Origin: Antedon mediterranea
Taxonomy: Eukaryota; Animalia; Echinodermata
Reading direction: 5' to 3'
Assembly: GCF_964355755.1 (NCBI RefSeq)
Contig: NC_092670.1
Span: 33,220,388-33,284,387, forward strand
Length of the DNA: 64,000 nt
The translations under genes were made by a program, and so were the position numbers. Within the stretch, counting starts at the first letter, position 1; each line of letters opens with the position of its first letter. This document shows positions 13,097 to 25,296 of the stretch, in pieces. The notes under the pieces were generated by a model. That model had not been told where the DNA came from. It saw only the letters and a list, made by a program, of their open reading frames with translations, and ran no database searches.

Positions 13097-14386
13097 CTAG
13101 ATGGTACGCTCGCTTCGCTTGCGTACCATCTAGGTCGTGCCCACAGATGGTTCTCGAATACACAGTAATTTCAGCGTAACAAAACTGTCGATTTCAAATG
13201 TACGTACCGCAGGACTATATTACATTGTCGTTTACAGAAACGAATAAATACTAACACGATGATTTATGTAGTCAACTAAAATTAGCACCCTGGGAATTAC
13301 CTCCGAAGGAGAAACTTACCACAAAATGAGTCCAAATTTTTGAATTTGTGCTTTGTATGTAATAGGATTGAGGGATGGGAAAGCGGATAGGTACAAAGAG
13401 GAACAATTTTTAAATATATTCTTTATCCACTCAGTAACGAAATATTTTTTTCATGTTTTATAGGCCTATAAATAATATACCTCTAAATACAGTAAAACAT
13501 TTGCGATTTAATACTTTGTTAAAACTGTCATTGTCATAATCGATTGAAATATCAAAGTACATGTCACGATACACCACTACGACGTTTATATTATTGGTAA
13601 TTATTAATTAATACAAACGTTGAGAAGGAACTGTCAGTATAAAGTTTATTTGTATATCCAGCAGTAGAGCCTATCCGCAATCTCAGTAATAAAGTTTATT
13701 TTTATATATTTTTATATTACATCTAAAAGTACGAACATTCACAGTAAGAAATGCTCGATTCAAATGAGGACCAAAAACAGTTAATAGGTATTTACAGTAT
13801 TGTCAAAGTATTGCAAGTTTATTCTCAAAGGACCCGTATATTTACCTACCGTATGTGTTAAACCAAGGGCTCATAAATGTACCTACTTCTGTTAAACCAA
13901 ACTCTGGCAGACTGAGAGATTGGGATGTTCCATTCATCTCAAATCAATACATTTGTATAATCGTATATTAAATCTATCAAAATAGTATTTTTTAAAGAAA
14001 ATCGGCCTGTCTTCAACATTATGATGCTGTACTCTAGCTGTTCAACCGGTTTTCAGCTATTAAAAACAATTATCGTAGGAGGAGATAGGAAAATGCGAAG
14101 CCTCCTCGCATTTTTGTGGCGGGTATTTTTCAAGATGGACATCCATTAGACAGTGTATACCACGATCGGAAAACACCCCTATTTGGGGCAAATCGTTGAA
14201 GAACCTAAATTCGTTTTAATCGTCAATAACTAATTATCTAACATAATTTAATTAGTAAACAGGGTTACATCAGGTGGTTAAAATCAGTACCGAAAGTACG
14301 AACCAACTTTATATACCATCGAGTAAAAATTCTAGAAGTAAGGCGCGATTTACCAAATGTTGCCCTTACGTAAATTTATATATAGA
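13097..14386 (-). mobile_element. Non-autonomous Helitron, copy 3
   Basis: Reverse complement of the family: TC start at 14386, terminal hairpin and CTAG at 13097, inserted between A and T. Confidence 0.9.
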
Positions 14387-14389
14387 TTT

Positions 14390-15922
14390 TAAAAAAAATG
14401 GAGAAGGACAAATACATATAGAAGACTCGATTTGTGGTGCATATCAAGTTCCCTCAATAAAAATGGCGATGTTTTGTCTACAGACATTAGACCTTCGATA
14501 TGCTCAGATCATCAGGACATATCACTAAAAATATCCAATGATCAACATCAAGAAAAAAGAGGTCCAGGAGTATGGAAAATCAACAATAGTGTTCTAAATG
14601 ATAAAGAATACGTCCGAAAAATAAAAGAAATAATTGAAAATACAAAAAAAAAAAAAAATGAAAACAATCTGAGACCGGACGTGCTCTGGGAATTATTTAA
14701 AGTTAAAATAAAAGAATGTTCTGTAAAATGTTGTAAAAAAAAAGAAAATGGAAAGAAATTTGGATAAAGTAAGCTTAATAAAAGAAGTCAACGAGCTTAC
14801 ACATACGCTTAATCAAGTATACGATGAAAGCTTAAAAAAACAATTAATATTACAAAAAAGAATGACTTAGAGAGCATATATTTAGTTGAAGCAAAAGGTG
14901 CAATTGTCAGATCCAGGATTGATTGGTTTGAAAAAAAGGAGAAAAAAATAATAAATTCTTTTTAGGGTTAGAAAAGAGTAATGCAAAACGAAAACACATT
15001 AAATCTGTTTTAAAAAGTAACGGAAAGTATACGTCTAACAATGATGACATTCTGAAAGAAGTCCTATTTTATAAAAAAAAAAAAGAAATACCCCTTAACG
15101 ATATGAACAAATATCTAAAGCACACACAATTTAAAACTTTGTTAGAAGAAGATGTAATAAAATGTGAAAGTCGATGAATGCACATAAACGATTTTTAAAA
15201 TGAAAATGAATAAGAGTCCTGGTATTGATGGATTAAGTGTAGAATTTTATCGTACATTTTAGGAGAATGAAAAATATTTATTGTGTGATTCATTAAATTA
15301 TAGCTTTGTTAAAGGCATGTTATTAACGACACAAAGAAGAGGTATTATTAATCTTTTCTACAAAAATGGACAGAGGGAAAACCTAAACAATTGGATGCCA
15401 ATAACACTACTTAATGTGGATTATAAAATATTGGCTCACATTCTAGCTAATAGGTTACACAGTGTTAGAGGTTCCATTATAATGAAGATCAAAAAGGTTA
15501 TATTAAGAAAAGGTTTGGAGGAGAAAATGTAAGACTGGTAAATGACATACAGTACTAGACTAAACAAAAGCAAAAAGTATGATGACAGGTGCTATTGTTT
15601 TTCTTGATTATGCGAAAGCTTTCGACTCAATAGACAGAACACTACTGTTTAAGGTTTTAAAACTTTTTGGTTTTGGAAATTCATTTATCAAATGGATAAG
15701 GGTTATGTATAAAGAAACAGAATGTGTCATAGTAAACAACGGATGGTTGTCAGAAAAGTTTAAAATGGAGTATGGCATGAGGCAAGGCTGCCCATTAACT
15801 GCTTTGCTATTTATTTTGGAATCCGAAATAATGGCAGTAAATATTAGAAATAATCCTAAATGTATAGGAATTACGTTACCTAATAGCACTGATGATGATG
15901 ATAATATCGTTAAAATAGCTCA
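14390..15922 (+). mobile_element. Degenerate L1/Tx1 LINE ORF2 fragment (end of APE endonuclease to RT)
   Basis: SDHQ..RGPGVWKINNSVL, KSPGIDG, PITLLNVDYKIL, FLDYAKAFDS and GMRQGCPL. Frameshifted. Same lineage as 18085-22535. Confidence 0.9.
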
Positions 15923-15979
15923 TATTTTTGGGGGAGAATACATCTTTAATATAGGATGTTGAATTTATTGTGTGGTGAA

Positions 15980-16290
15980 CAACAATTTAATACTTTTAAT
16001 TTACATTGTTATTGCCCCAAATAGGAGTATTTTACGATCGTGGTTTACACTGTAATAATGGATGTCCATCTGGAAAAATACCAGCAAACAATAATACGAG
16101 GATGCTTCGCATTTTCCTATCTCTTCCTACGATAACTGTTTTTAATAGCTGAACAGCTCCAGTACATCATAATGTTGAAGACAGGCTGGTTGTCTTTAAA
16201 AAATACTATTTTGATATATTTAATATACGTTTATACAAAAGGATTGCTTAGCGAAGAATGGAACATTTCAATATCTCAGTGGCTCACATT
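15980..16290 (+). mobile_element. Internal fragment of the same Helitron family
   Basis: Matches about 2280-2550 and 8015-8290 (GGATGTCCATCT.GAAAAATACC...GAATGGAACATT). No termini. Confidence 0.75.
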
Positions 16291-16337
16291 TGCAGCAATC
16301 GTAATAAAAATAAAACGATGCAAAATTAATTAATTGG

Positions 16338-17862
16338 AAAAGAAGTAAACACTACAGTTTGGTCTCTACAGGCTTGTTTCGTGAGTCGTGCAACTCACTC
16401 ATCAGGAGACTATAATGAGAAGAATTAATTACAACGTTGCTTATAAGCACATTTACTTGTAGAATTAGCATTTACAGGTGATATGTTTTGGAATGTCAGC
16501 TGGTATGTAACAATGCTTTCTTTCTGTGCCGGCAGGCGGACACAAGTTCGTTACGTTTATTTAATGTCGATAATTCAGGGTGGCGGATGATAAATAATTT
16601 CTCTTTGAGGCAGAGGTTGCATTTTTTGTTTGCACTACTATATGCTTTAGTAGATGCCAAGATGCGCCATGAGATTGAATAGTCTGTGTCCAGATATGTT
16701 TACTGAGTTCGGTTGAGTTTCTAGAACGTGTATGACGGAATGATGAGGTGTGATTTCTGTATCGTGTTTTAAAATCATGTTCAGTGAGTCCGATATAAGT
16801 TTCCAAGGTGGATTTGTCTTTGCGTGTAACTGTGGCTTGGTATATTACAGATGATTGTAGGCAATTTCCGTTTAGCGGGCATGTGTTTTTCTGTCGGCAG
16901 TTGCATGTTTTGTTTTCTTGCGTGTTTTCCACGGATGTTGTTTCGGGCTGGTTGAGTATTCTTGTTGTGACTGTCTATTATCTGTTTCATATTGTTCATA
17001 CAACTGTAGCTAATCTTGATAGTGTTTTGGTTGAAGATTTTTCTTTAGTTTGTTATCTTTTGGAAAATGTTTGTCTACTAGGGATAGGAATTTCTGTCCA
17101 ATGTTTGTGCTGACGTTTTTGCTGAACGGTGGGTTGTACCACAGAATGTCGTTTCGTTGTCTGTTTTTTCGTCTTGTCTGGGTTACCGGCTCGTATTTTA
17201 GTGTGTAATGGTATCCACTGTCGTTGAGAGTTTTCTGGTATACAGGGGCGGCTTGGTTGAATAAATTCTTGTCGGATGACAAGGACGAGAGTCGTTTGTT
17301 TATTCCGGCGGGTATAATCTTTAGGATGATCGGTGGGTGGTTACTTTGTTGATGGATATACTGTAACGTGGCGTTTGGTTTGGTGTAGGGCTGGTATGTG
17401 TTCTTCGCTAGATTGAGTGTGACGTCTAAGAAGTTAATGACTTGTTTGTTTGCTTCTATGGTAATGCGTAGGCCGTTATCTTTGAATATTTGGAAAATGT
17501 CTTTTTTAATATTTTCTGTGCTTTTAGGTGTGTTGTCTGTGACGGCAAGGCCGTCATCTCTGTAAAGTCCTATGCTGATTCCTAGTTTCTGTTGTAATTG
17601 GTGTAACAGGAAGCTTCCAACAAGTTCACACGTTTCTGCGCCATCATAACTACCCATAGTCACATCGAATGCTGTGGGGCCTTTCTTTTGCCATGGTTGC
17701 TGTTTGTGTGATAATATTGATTTTTTGGTATGTATGATGATGTCTCTTTCATCGTTGGTAATATCATCGTATCTATTAGCGAAGTCTAGTGCTTTGTTTA
17801 GCAGGTCATTGCTGATAGAGGGGTAACATTCTACAATGTCAAAGCATATAAAGTTGTGTTGT
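16338..17862 (-). mobile_element. 5'-truncated Penelope-like element, Naiad-type RT + GIY-YIG endonuclease
   Basis: FDVTMGSYDGAETCELVG, GLYRDDGLA, INFLDVTLNL, WYNPPFSKNVSTNIG, CNCRQKNTCPLNGNCL, VIYQATV..YIGLTE..FKTRYRNH, C.LCLKEK and SACRH. A few frameshifts. Hammerhead in the 3' region. Confidence 0.92.
16362..16410 (-). ncRNA. Minimal type I hammerhead ribozyme (Penelope pLTR)
   Basis: Minus strand: GTCTC CTGATGA GTGAGT-TGCACG-ACTCAC GAAA C-AAGCCT-G TA GAGAC. This gives a 5-bp stem I, canonical core, 6-bp stem II, very short stem III and a GUA cleavage triplet. Confidence 0.93.
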
Positions 17863-20800
17863 TGAGGAGACGACTGTCGACGCAGCTGCCACAGCCAGGC
17901 TTAATTTTGCTGCTGGAAAAAGAAAGAAGCAAACAGGGAGCGGAGAAAAGAGTGTACAGAAGAAAGAAAAAAATCAGGGTCTGTAAGTTAAACCTTCTAT
18001 CAAGTACAATTAAGTACTATAATAAACATCAATTTGAAATCAACTATTGTTTGCTTAATATATAAATAAATAAAAAAAAAATAACTCTATACATTTACTT
18101 TCTTTAAATGTTAGAGGTTTAAGAGAAACGTATAAGAAAAGAAAAGTGTTTAGATGGTTAGAAGAACAAAAGGCTGATATTGCCTTCTTACAAGAAACAC
18201 ACTTTGATAAGTTTAATGTAGGTCATAATGATATGCTTTGGAAAGGTAGCATGTATCATAGTTTCGGTACCACAAGAAGTAGAGGCGTTTCAATACTACT
18301 AAGGCCTGGTTTTGATACAAAAGCTATAAAATGTAAATACATAGACGATGACGGTAGAATACTAATACTTACCTTAAAATTTAATGATAAAATGTTTAAC
18401 CTAATTAATATTTATGCTCCAAATAACTGTAAAGAAAGAGCATTATTCTTCAAAAAACTTGATAAAAAAATTGATAAAATATGTAACAAAAAAAAACGAA
18501 TATCTCCTTCTTGGAGGTGACATGAACTGCGTTTTAGAAAGAAAATTAGATCAAAGAAACAGTGTCCATAGGTATGATAATTCTCCAATGACGTTAAAAC
18601 AGTGTATGAATAAACACAAATTAATAGACATATGGAGGCAAGTTCATAACATTAAAACTCAGTTTACGTGGAGACGTAAAAACACATACAGAAGACTAGA
18701 CTTTTGGTGTGTATCAAAAGCCCTTTATAGAAATGGGGACGTACTGTCTACTGATATAAGACCTTCAATTTTCTCTGATCACCAAGCAATCTCTATTAAA
18801 TTATTAGATGATCAACCAAAGAGAGGGACAGGTATGTGGAAAATAAACAATAGTGTTCTCCACGATAAAGTTTACGCTTTAAATATAAACATAATAATAG
18901 AAAATACAAAAAAATTATCAAAATCTTAGCCCGGACTTGCTATGGGAGTACCTTAAAGTGAAAATAAAGGAATTTACAATGAAATACTGTGCAAGGAAAA
19001 AAAAGAAACACAAACAAACAAAAATGTTAACAAAAGAAGGTAATGACCTCACTAACTGTTTAGACATTTGCTATAGCGAGAATGTAGACAAACAATTAAA
19101 ACAAAAAATAAACGACCTAGACAACATTTACTTAATTGAAGCTCAAGGCGCAAAAATTAGATCTAGAGTACAATGGTTTGAACAAGGAGAAAAAAATAGT
19201 AAATTCTTTTTAGGGCTAGAAAAAAACAATGCAAAACGTAAGCATATAACATCTATTATTAAAAATAATGGTAAACGTATAACAGATAGTGAAGAAATCA
19301 TAATAGAACAAAAAAATTACTATAAAAGCCTGTATGCAAACACAAATTGTCCCGAACACAATGCAGATGAATACTTGAAAAAAGTAAAAGTAAATAAACT
19401 TTCTGATGAAAACAGTCTTATGTGTGAAGGACTTCTGACAATTGAAGAACTCACAGCAGCTATTTTCAGCATGCGCCTCAATAAAAGCCCAGGCGCTGAT
19501 GGCTTAACTGTTGAATTCTAACGCCGTTTTTGGGAAGACATTAAATATTGCCTATGCGACGCATTAAATTACTGTTATAACAACAATGTATTAACTAGCA
19601 CCCAAAGAACGGGATTAATACATTTAATATTCAAAAACGGACAACGAGAAAAACTTTAAAACTGAAGACCAATCACATTACTAAATGTGGATTATAAAAT
19701 TATGACACACGTTCTCTCATGTAGAATGCAAAAAGTGATATTCACCATAGTCAATGATGACCAAAAAGGTTATATCAATAAAAGATTTGGAGGTGAAAAT
19801 GTAAGGCTTGTAGAAGATATTCTATCCTACACAAAAAATAATAATAAAGCTGGTGCTATAATCTTTCTAGACTTTGCCAAAAGCTTTGACTGGCTTGATA
19901 GAAATGTTATGTTCAAAACCCTAAAAAAATTTTGCTTTAGGAAATCATTTATTAAGTTGATAAATTTAATATACACTAATACAAAATGTATGGTGACAAA
20001 TTTAGTTTTCAAACAAAGTTTTAGTATGGAACGTGGTGTAAGACAAGGATGCCCATTATCCGCTTTACTTTTTATACTTGCGGTAGAAATAATGGCTATA
20101 AGCATTAGGAATAATCCAAAATATAAAGGGATTGTTCTACCACGAACAGAAAACGTTCATGAGAACACTGTAAAAATTGTTCAATTAGCAGATGACCAGT
20201 CATTTTTACAAGAGAAGAAACGAGTTTAAAATATTTCTTTCATGAAATTGAACGATTTTGTAAAATATCCAGCCTAAAATTAAATAAAAATACAACCAAA
20301 GGGATGTGGATAGGTTCAAAGAAGGACTGTAATGATACCCCTTTTAATATCACATGGACACAAGAACCAATCAAATTGTTGGGAATATACGTAGGCTATG
20401 ATAAAGATATATGTAATAAAAACAAGGCCAACAGCCATTAAGTCGCGTGCTACAATGCATAGTGATACCGGACAGACAGACCGACAGACAGACAGACAGA
20501 CAGACCGACAGACCGACAGACAGACAGACCGACCGACCGACATAGTGAACTATACTGACCGAAATTACTGAACATGTTTAAAAATGTTGAAATGTTTAAA
20601 GACATTTAAATTTTTTTAATTTACACGTGCGTAGCCTGTCACTTTCGACGTGCTCGTATAACGTAATTTCGAGTTGAAAAGTAAGTCAAGAAAACAGAAA
20701 TCAGGCAAAAAGAGTGCGCAATAACATTTAATTTTAAGCGCGCGTACGCATGCGTTACATGCGCTACGCACGTAATTGTATTGCCATATGATGATTTATG

Positions 20801-22830
20801 CCCTGAAATTTATGAGTACCAAATTTTATTTAATTGTGATTCATGGCTGTGAAGATATGATTACAAACGTGATTTCGTTAAACCGTGCGTAGACCGCGTA
20901 ATTTTTTATTGCGCACCGTGAAAACATAACCACATTGATTCCTGGCCATAAGGAATATACTGTGAAAAATTGACCTAGCTAGATTAAACTGATATCAAGA
21001 TAAGGTCAGAAAGCGATAAAACGCATAGTGATACCGGACCGACAGACAGACAGACAGACCGACAGACAGACCGACCAACCAACCGACCGACATAGTGAAC
21101 TATAGAGTCGCTTCCACGCGACTAAAAACTGGGACGAAAAAGTTTTTGAATTACAAAACGTTCTTCAGTTATGGAAAAAAAGAAATCTAACTTTCTTTGG
21201 AAGAATAACAATCATCAAAACCCTTGCAATCTCTAAATTGATTTATAACGCAAGCATAATTAACGTACCCTTACATATAATTCCACTTATTGAAAAAATA
21301 CTTTATAATTTTCTGTGGAATGGTCAACGTGAAAAAATTAAAAGACTTGTTCTTATTAAAAAAAAGCATGCGAAGGTGGCTTGAATATGAAAAATTTCAA
21401 CTCCGTAATAGATTCATTAAAACTAACATGGATAAAAAGATTACTCAGTCCCGATCCAGGAAAATGGAAAAATATTCCGAAATACTTTATGTATCCAATA
21501 GAATACACTATAGGTGCTACTCAGCTTAACTTTGAAGATCATATTGACTTGAATAGAATGCCTGATTTTTATGTATCAATGTTAAAATCGGCGGTTAAGT
21601 TGAATAATATTGTTAGTGTAGTTCCACAAAAAATAGATGACATTTTAAAACAACCACTTTGGGAAAATAAATATATAACTTCCGCAAGTGGAAAATCTCT
21701 TTATTTTAAAATATGGCTACATTCCAAATACAAATCGGTATGTGACATTATCGTTAATAACAGATTTCTAACTTCAGATGAAGTGATACCTACTTTAAGC
21801 AATAAACAAAAAGGACTTATCGAATATTTTGCGCTCTTGTATTCAATTCCATGTTTGTGGAAAGAAATCATCTTTAATTAACCTGCAAGTCAAAGAAACC
21901 GTATTTCATAAAAAACACAAGGCATCTTTTCATTATACCCTTTTTGTTAGCAAGGTTGCTAAAATCCCCAATATACAAGCAAAGTGGGAAGTTGAGTTAG
22001 GTAAAAATGAAATAGACTGGGACAAGACATGGTACTGTAAAGTTCACAATATGAAACATTTACCAAAAATCGCCCAATTTAATTTTAAATTATTACATCG
22101 TATCTTAGCTTTTAGAAAAAACTTAAAGAAGTGAATCTTAATGAAAGTGATTGTTGCGAAAAGTGTTGTATAGAAATAGAAAGTGAAAAACATATGTTGT
22201 ACACCTGTAATAGCATTCAATCAGTTTTAAGGAAGTTCCGTAAACTGATCGTTAAATGTATTCCGACTAATGAAACATTACGGCCAAGTTTCCCCGAATG
22301 GTCAGACATAGTTTTAGGAACTCAGAACACGCTTGTTAATGAACTCATCTCTTTATTTACATTTAGTATTTGCAAATCTTGCATTATTTATAAAACAAGC
22401 AAACGGATTATCACTTGGAATTTATTTAAGATAGAACTAAAAAATTTAATTTCAAACGAATACTTATGTAATCTAAACAAAGCAGAAAGAAAATGGAACG
22501 ACGTTAAAGAAAAACTCCTTGAATCAATTATCTAAAAATTTAAGAAATACACAAGAATAAACATAAACGTACGGTATACAGTATATGTTCTTGATTTAGA
22601 TCAATTGTTAATTTACCATCATTATTATATTATTGTTTTCTAGGAGGCGCCCGAGTCCGGGATGACCGAGACACAACTGGTGCTAGCCAGGATTTAAACT
22701 AGAACTAATAAAATAAACCTGGCTAGCGACGAGGGCGTATCCCCATACTTCGGTTTGGGTTTAGCTTTGCAATATTTATTAGTTTGTTATTTTATCATAT
22801 AAATAATAAAAGCAATATTATGTTCAAAAT
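17861..22830 (+). mobile_element. L1/Tx1-clade LINE: ORF1 C-terminus (stop 17984-17986), disrupted ORF2 (about 18085-22535: APE EN, RT, CCHC), 3' UTR; interrupted by a HINE at 20423-21128
   Basis: LSLNVRGL, FLQETH, DGRIL, NIYAPN, GGDMN, SDHQ, KSPGADG, FLDFAKSFD, GVRQGCPLS, QLADD and CEKC..ESEKHMLYTC. Several stops and frameshifts. 3' boundary approximate. Confidence 0.92.
20423..21128 (-). mobile_element. Helentron-associated (HINE/DINE-1-like) non-autonomous element inserted in the L1
   Basis: Subterminal IR AGTCGCGTG (20441) / CACGCGACT (21115), two (GACA/GACC)n microsatellite blocks, inserted in an A/T run. Removing it rejoins the L1 text DICNK..NWDEK. Confidence 0.8.
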
Positions 22831-22875
22831 GTAAAACTATACAATTTTATAAAAGTATTCAAACAAAACATAATC

Positions 22876-23229
22876 TTATAATGCAATATACCATTTTACC
22901 GATGACTTACAGTTACCAATCTGTACATATTGTTTACGATTACTAAGATAACTAGTAAACCATTTTAATGAGACACCCCTTATGCCATAACGTAAAAGTT
23001 TTGAAAGTAAAATGTCATGATTAACAACATCGAAAGCTTTGGATAGATCAAGAAAAGTGCTTAACAAAAGTTCAAAAATAGCGTGACAAGTAGAGTGTTT
23101 TTTTACGAAAACCATATTGATGATTGTTTAGGATGTTATGTTTAGTTAAATATGTATAAAGACGAGTATGCATTAATTTTTCTATTATTTTTTGAGAAAA
23201 TGGGGAGAACTGAAATCGGTCTATAATTA
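22876..23229 (-). mobile_element. CR1/L2-clade LINE RT fragment
   Basis: [54 protein letters not shown]. Confidence 0.85.
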
Positions 23230-23814
23230 TCTATATATAAATTATGGTTAATTCTGACATAGGCAAGCACAATGCAAAAACTTCGGTATAAATCTCCGCC
23301 TTGGATACCTGACTAAAATAAACACAATCTTCGCCACTAGACGAATTTTCGGGTTCACCATCATTCCAACCTAAAGAAACAAAATACTTATTATTATAGG
23401 TGAAAACATTCTTTTTGTTCTATTTTTTTCTAAGGAAGTGATTAACTTTAAAAAAAAAAAGCGAAATGGTCTCTTCAAAGTCTTTTTTTTATTAATCTTC
23501 ATTTTTCATATTTCCAGGGGACAATACATTTTTAAGGATTAAACCGATTTATTAATACAAATACTGTACCACTACATCAAAACATAGCCATTATGATGAT
23601 ATCTCAGTTTGTACAGTAAGTATTATTATTTATGATCATACTTTTTGATGTTACCTTTTGGTAAAATTACCTTTTGGTAAAATGTTAACCTTTTGGGGAA
23701 AAGGAAGTGTTGGTAATATATGTCTGTATGTTCATCTATATGTAGTCGGATTTTTTTTACCAAAAAATCAAATAGAAATACCTATATATTTATCTAACGA
23801 AAATGTTTTAAATA

Positions 23815-23975
23815 CCAACCAAGAAATATCGCACTAACTCGAAGTGTCCTAACACAAGCCGACACTATCGGCATTGAAGCAATGATAGTGAAAGCCCAAT
23901 TACGATGGGTAGGTCACCTAAGACAAATGCCTGTCCACAGATCTACTAAACAAATATTCTTTTCTCAACTCATCT
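23815..23975 (+). mobile_element. RTE-clade LINE fragment
   Basis: Translates to VLTQADTIGIEAMIVKAQLRWVGHLRQMPVHRSTKQIFFSQL (LRW.GH..RM motif). Confidence 0.75.
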
Positions 23976-24288
23976 ATATAGATGATTAACAAATAACTTA
24001 AATAAACATCAACTACTACAACAATATTGATAATAATAGAAAAAGTAGTATAGGTAGGCCTAAATATTCATTATATTTCTAAAATATCGTGGTTTTTTGT
24101 GGCGTTATTCGACTGAGACGGCTATTTCACAATTGTCGGTAAATCTATTTTTTATTTTATTTTCATTTTTTTATTTTATTCAATCGAAACCAACAGCGAT
24201 AATTACCGCCAGTAACAGGTTTGATACAAACAAAGCTAGGACTGTTTAAAGCACCTTGATTATAAAATGTATAGAATCGCAAGCCTAC

Positions 24289-25242
24289 TTGTATATCCTG
24301 CACTCCTTCCTGACACCCATTCAACTTCGCCTTCGGTTTCTTTATCATTGTAGCCAATCCAAGCTGAATCTGAATTGACACCAGACCAGAAAAAGAAGTG
24401 TTGATTGAATATCCACATGTTTTCGATTTCATTTGAAATGTTAAGCAAATCGCTATCAAATTCTTGGCATCTGTTTCTCATGGAATCCCACGTATTAGAT
24501 ATGTCGGTGAGCCAGTAGCATTTTGAAAATACGGCGTTGTAAGTCCATTTATTAGTTGGACACCCTGAAAATAAAATAAATGTATATATTTAACTAGGCT
24601 TGACTGCATCGAATGCAAACAAAACAGGCATATTTTGGCAATTTTAATGACATTTTTTAGTCTACGAATAAACAATACCAACCTAGATCGATATCATATT
24701 TCTAATGCCAGATTTCTGGTTCACAGTATTAGTTTAATTAACATGGAATTAGTTTCTTATCCTGTGAAAATGGAGAGTGTGCGCAAAAATCACTTGTAGA
24801 CCGTAAAATACAATCCCACTGGACTCGCAATGCTGTGACGCACACGCAACGCAAGCGAGTTGACCAATGAACTGTTTGTTCCATATCACTCACTATACGT
24901 TGCGGTTACGTCCTTGCGTTACGTCTCTAGTGGAACTCAATTCAATTCAATTATTGTATTTAGTCAAACACTCTGGCTCAAACTTTGTCTTGCTTGTCAC
25001 ATATAAAAAACATAATAAATTACGACACCAAAAGGGTACAATAAAAATAATGTTCACCTAACAACCATTTTAGAATGATGAGAGAAAATATATACATAAT
25101 CTATTTTTTTTTTTTCATCTTAGAAAAGCGAATTCTGCCACTGTTAAAAACAACATGCTTATTGTTAATTACTCTACTCACCAACAACACATCCGACGTA
25201 ATATGTAACAACCAGAATCAACAGTAATGTACGTGGTCCCAT
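24289..25242 (-). CDS. Secreted C-type lectin paralogue 3 (exons 25182-25242 and 24289-24564; further 3' exons not securely located)
   Basis: Signal exon MGPRTLLLILVVTYYVGCVV then G|GTGAG splices in phase 1 to a 276-nt exon GCPTNKWTYNAVFSKCYWL..WDSMRNRCQEFDSDLLNI..ENMW..AWIGYNDKETEGEVEWVSG. Same exon structure as paralogue 2. Confidence 0.85.
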
Positions 25243-25296
25243 TTTGCACGCAGTTTGGCCTAGAAAAAATGATTAAAGTTATGATATAACAGAAAT

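Noticed and set aside
16500-17020. Selenocysteine recoding or SECIS, as known for some Naiad elements
   Set aside because: The conserved Cys positions I read (SYSC, CNC..C..C, C..C, CRH) are all TGC/TGT. No in-frame TGA at Cys sites.
17984-22643. L1 ORF2 enclosed in an intron (GTAAGT at 17983, TTTTCTAG at 22643)
   Set aside because: The GTAAGT overlaps the TAA stop of a Lys-rich ORF1 tail (17861-17986), which is the simpler explanation. There is no independent splice evidence.
23230-23540. Second Helitron family starting A|TCTATATATAAATTATGG
   Set aside because: 5' end is suggestive but no matching CTRR or hairpin 3' end or second copy was found, so it is not listed as a feature.
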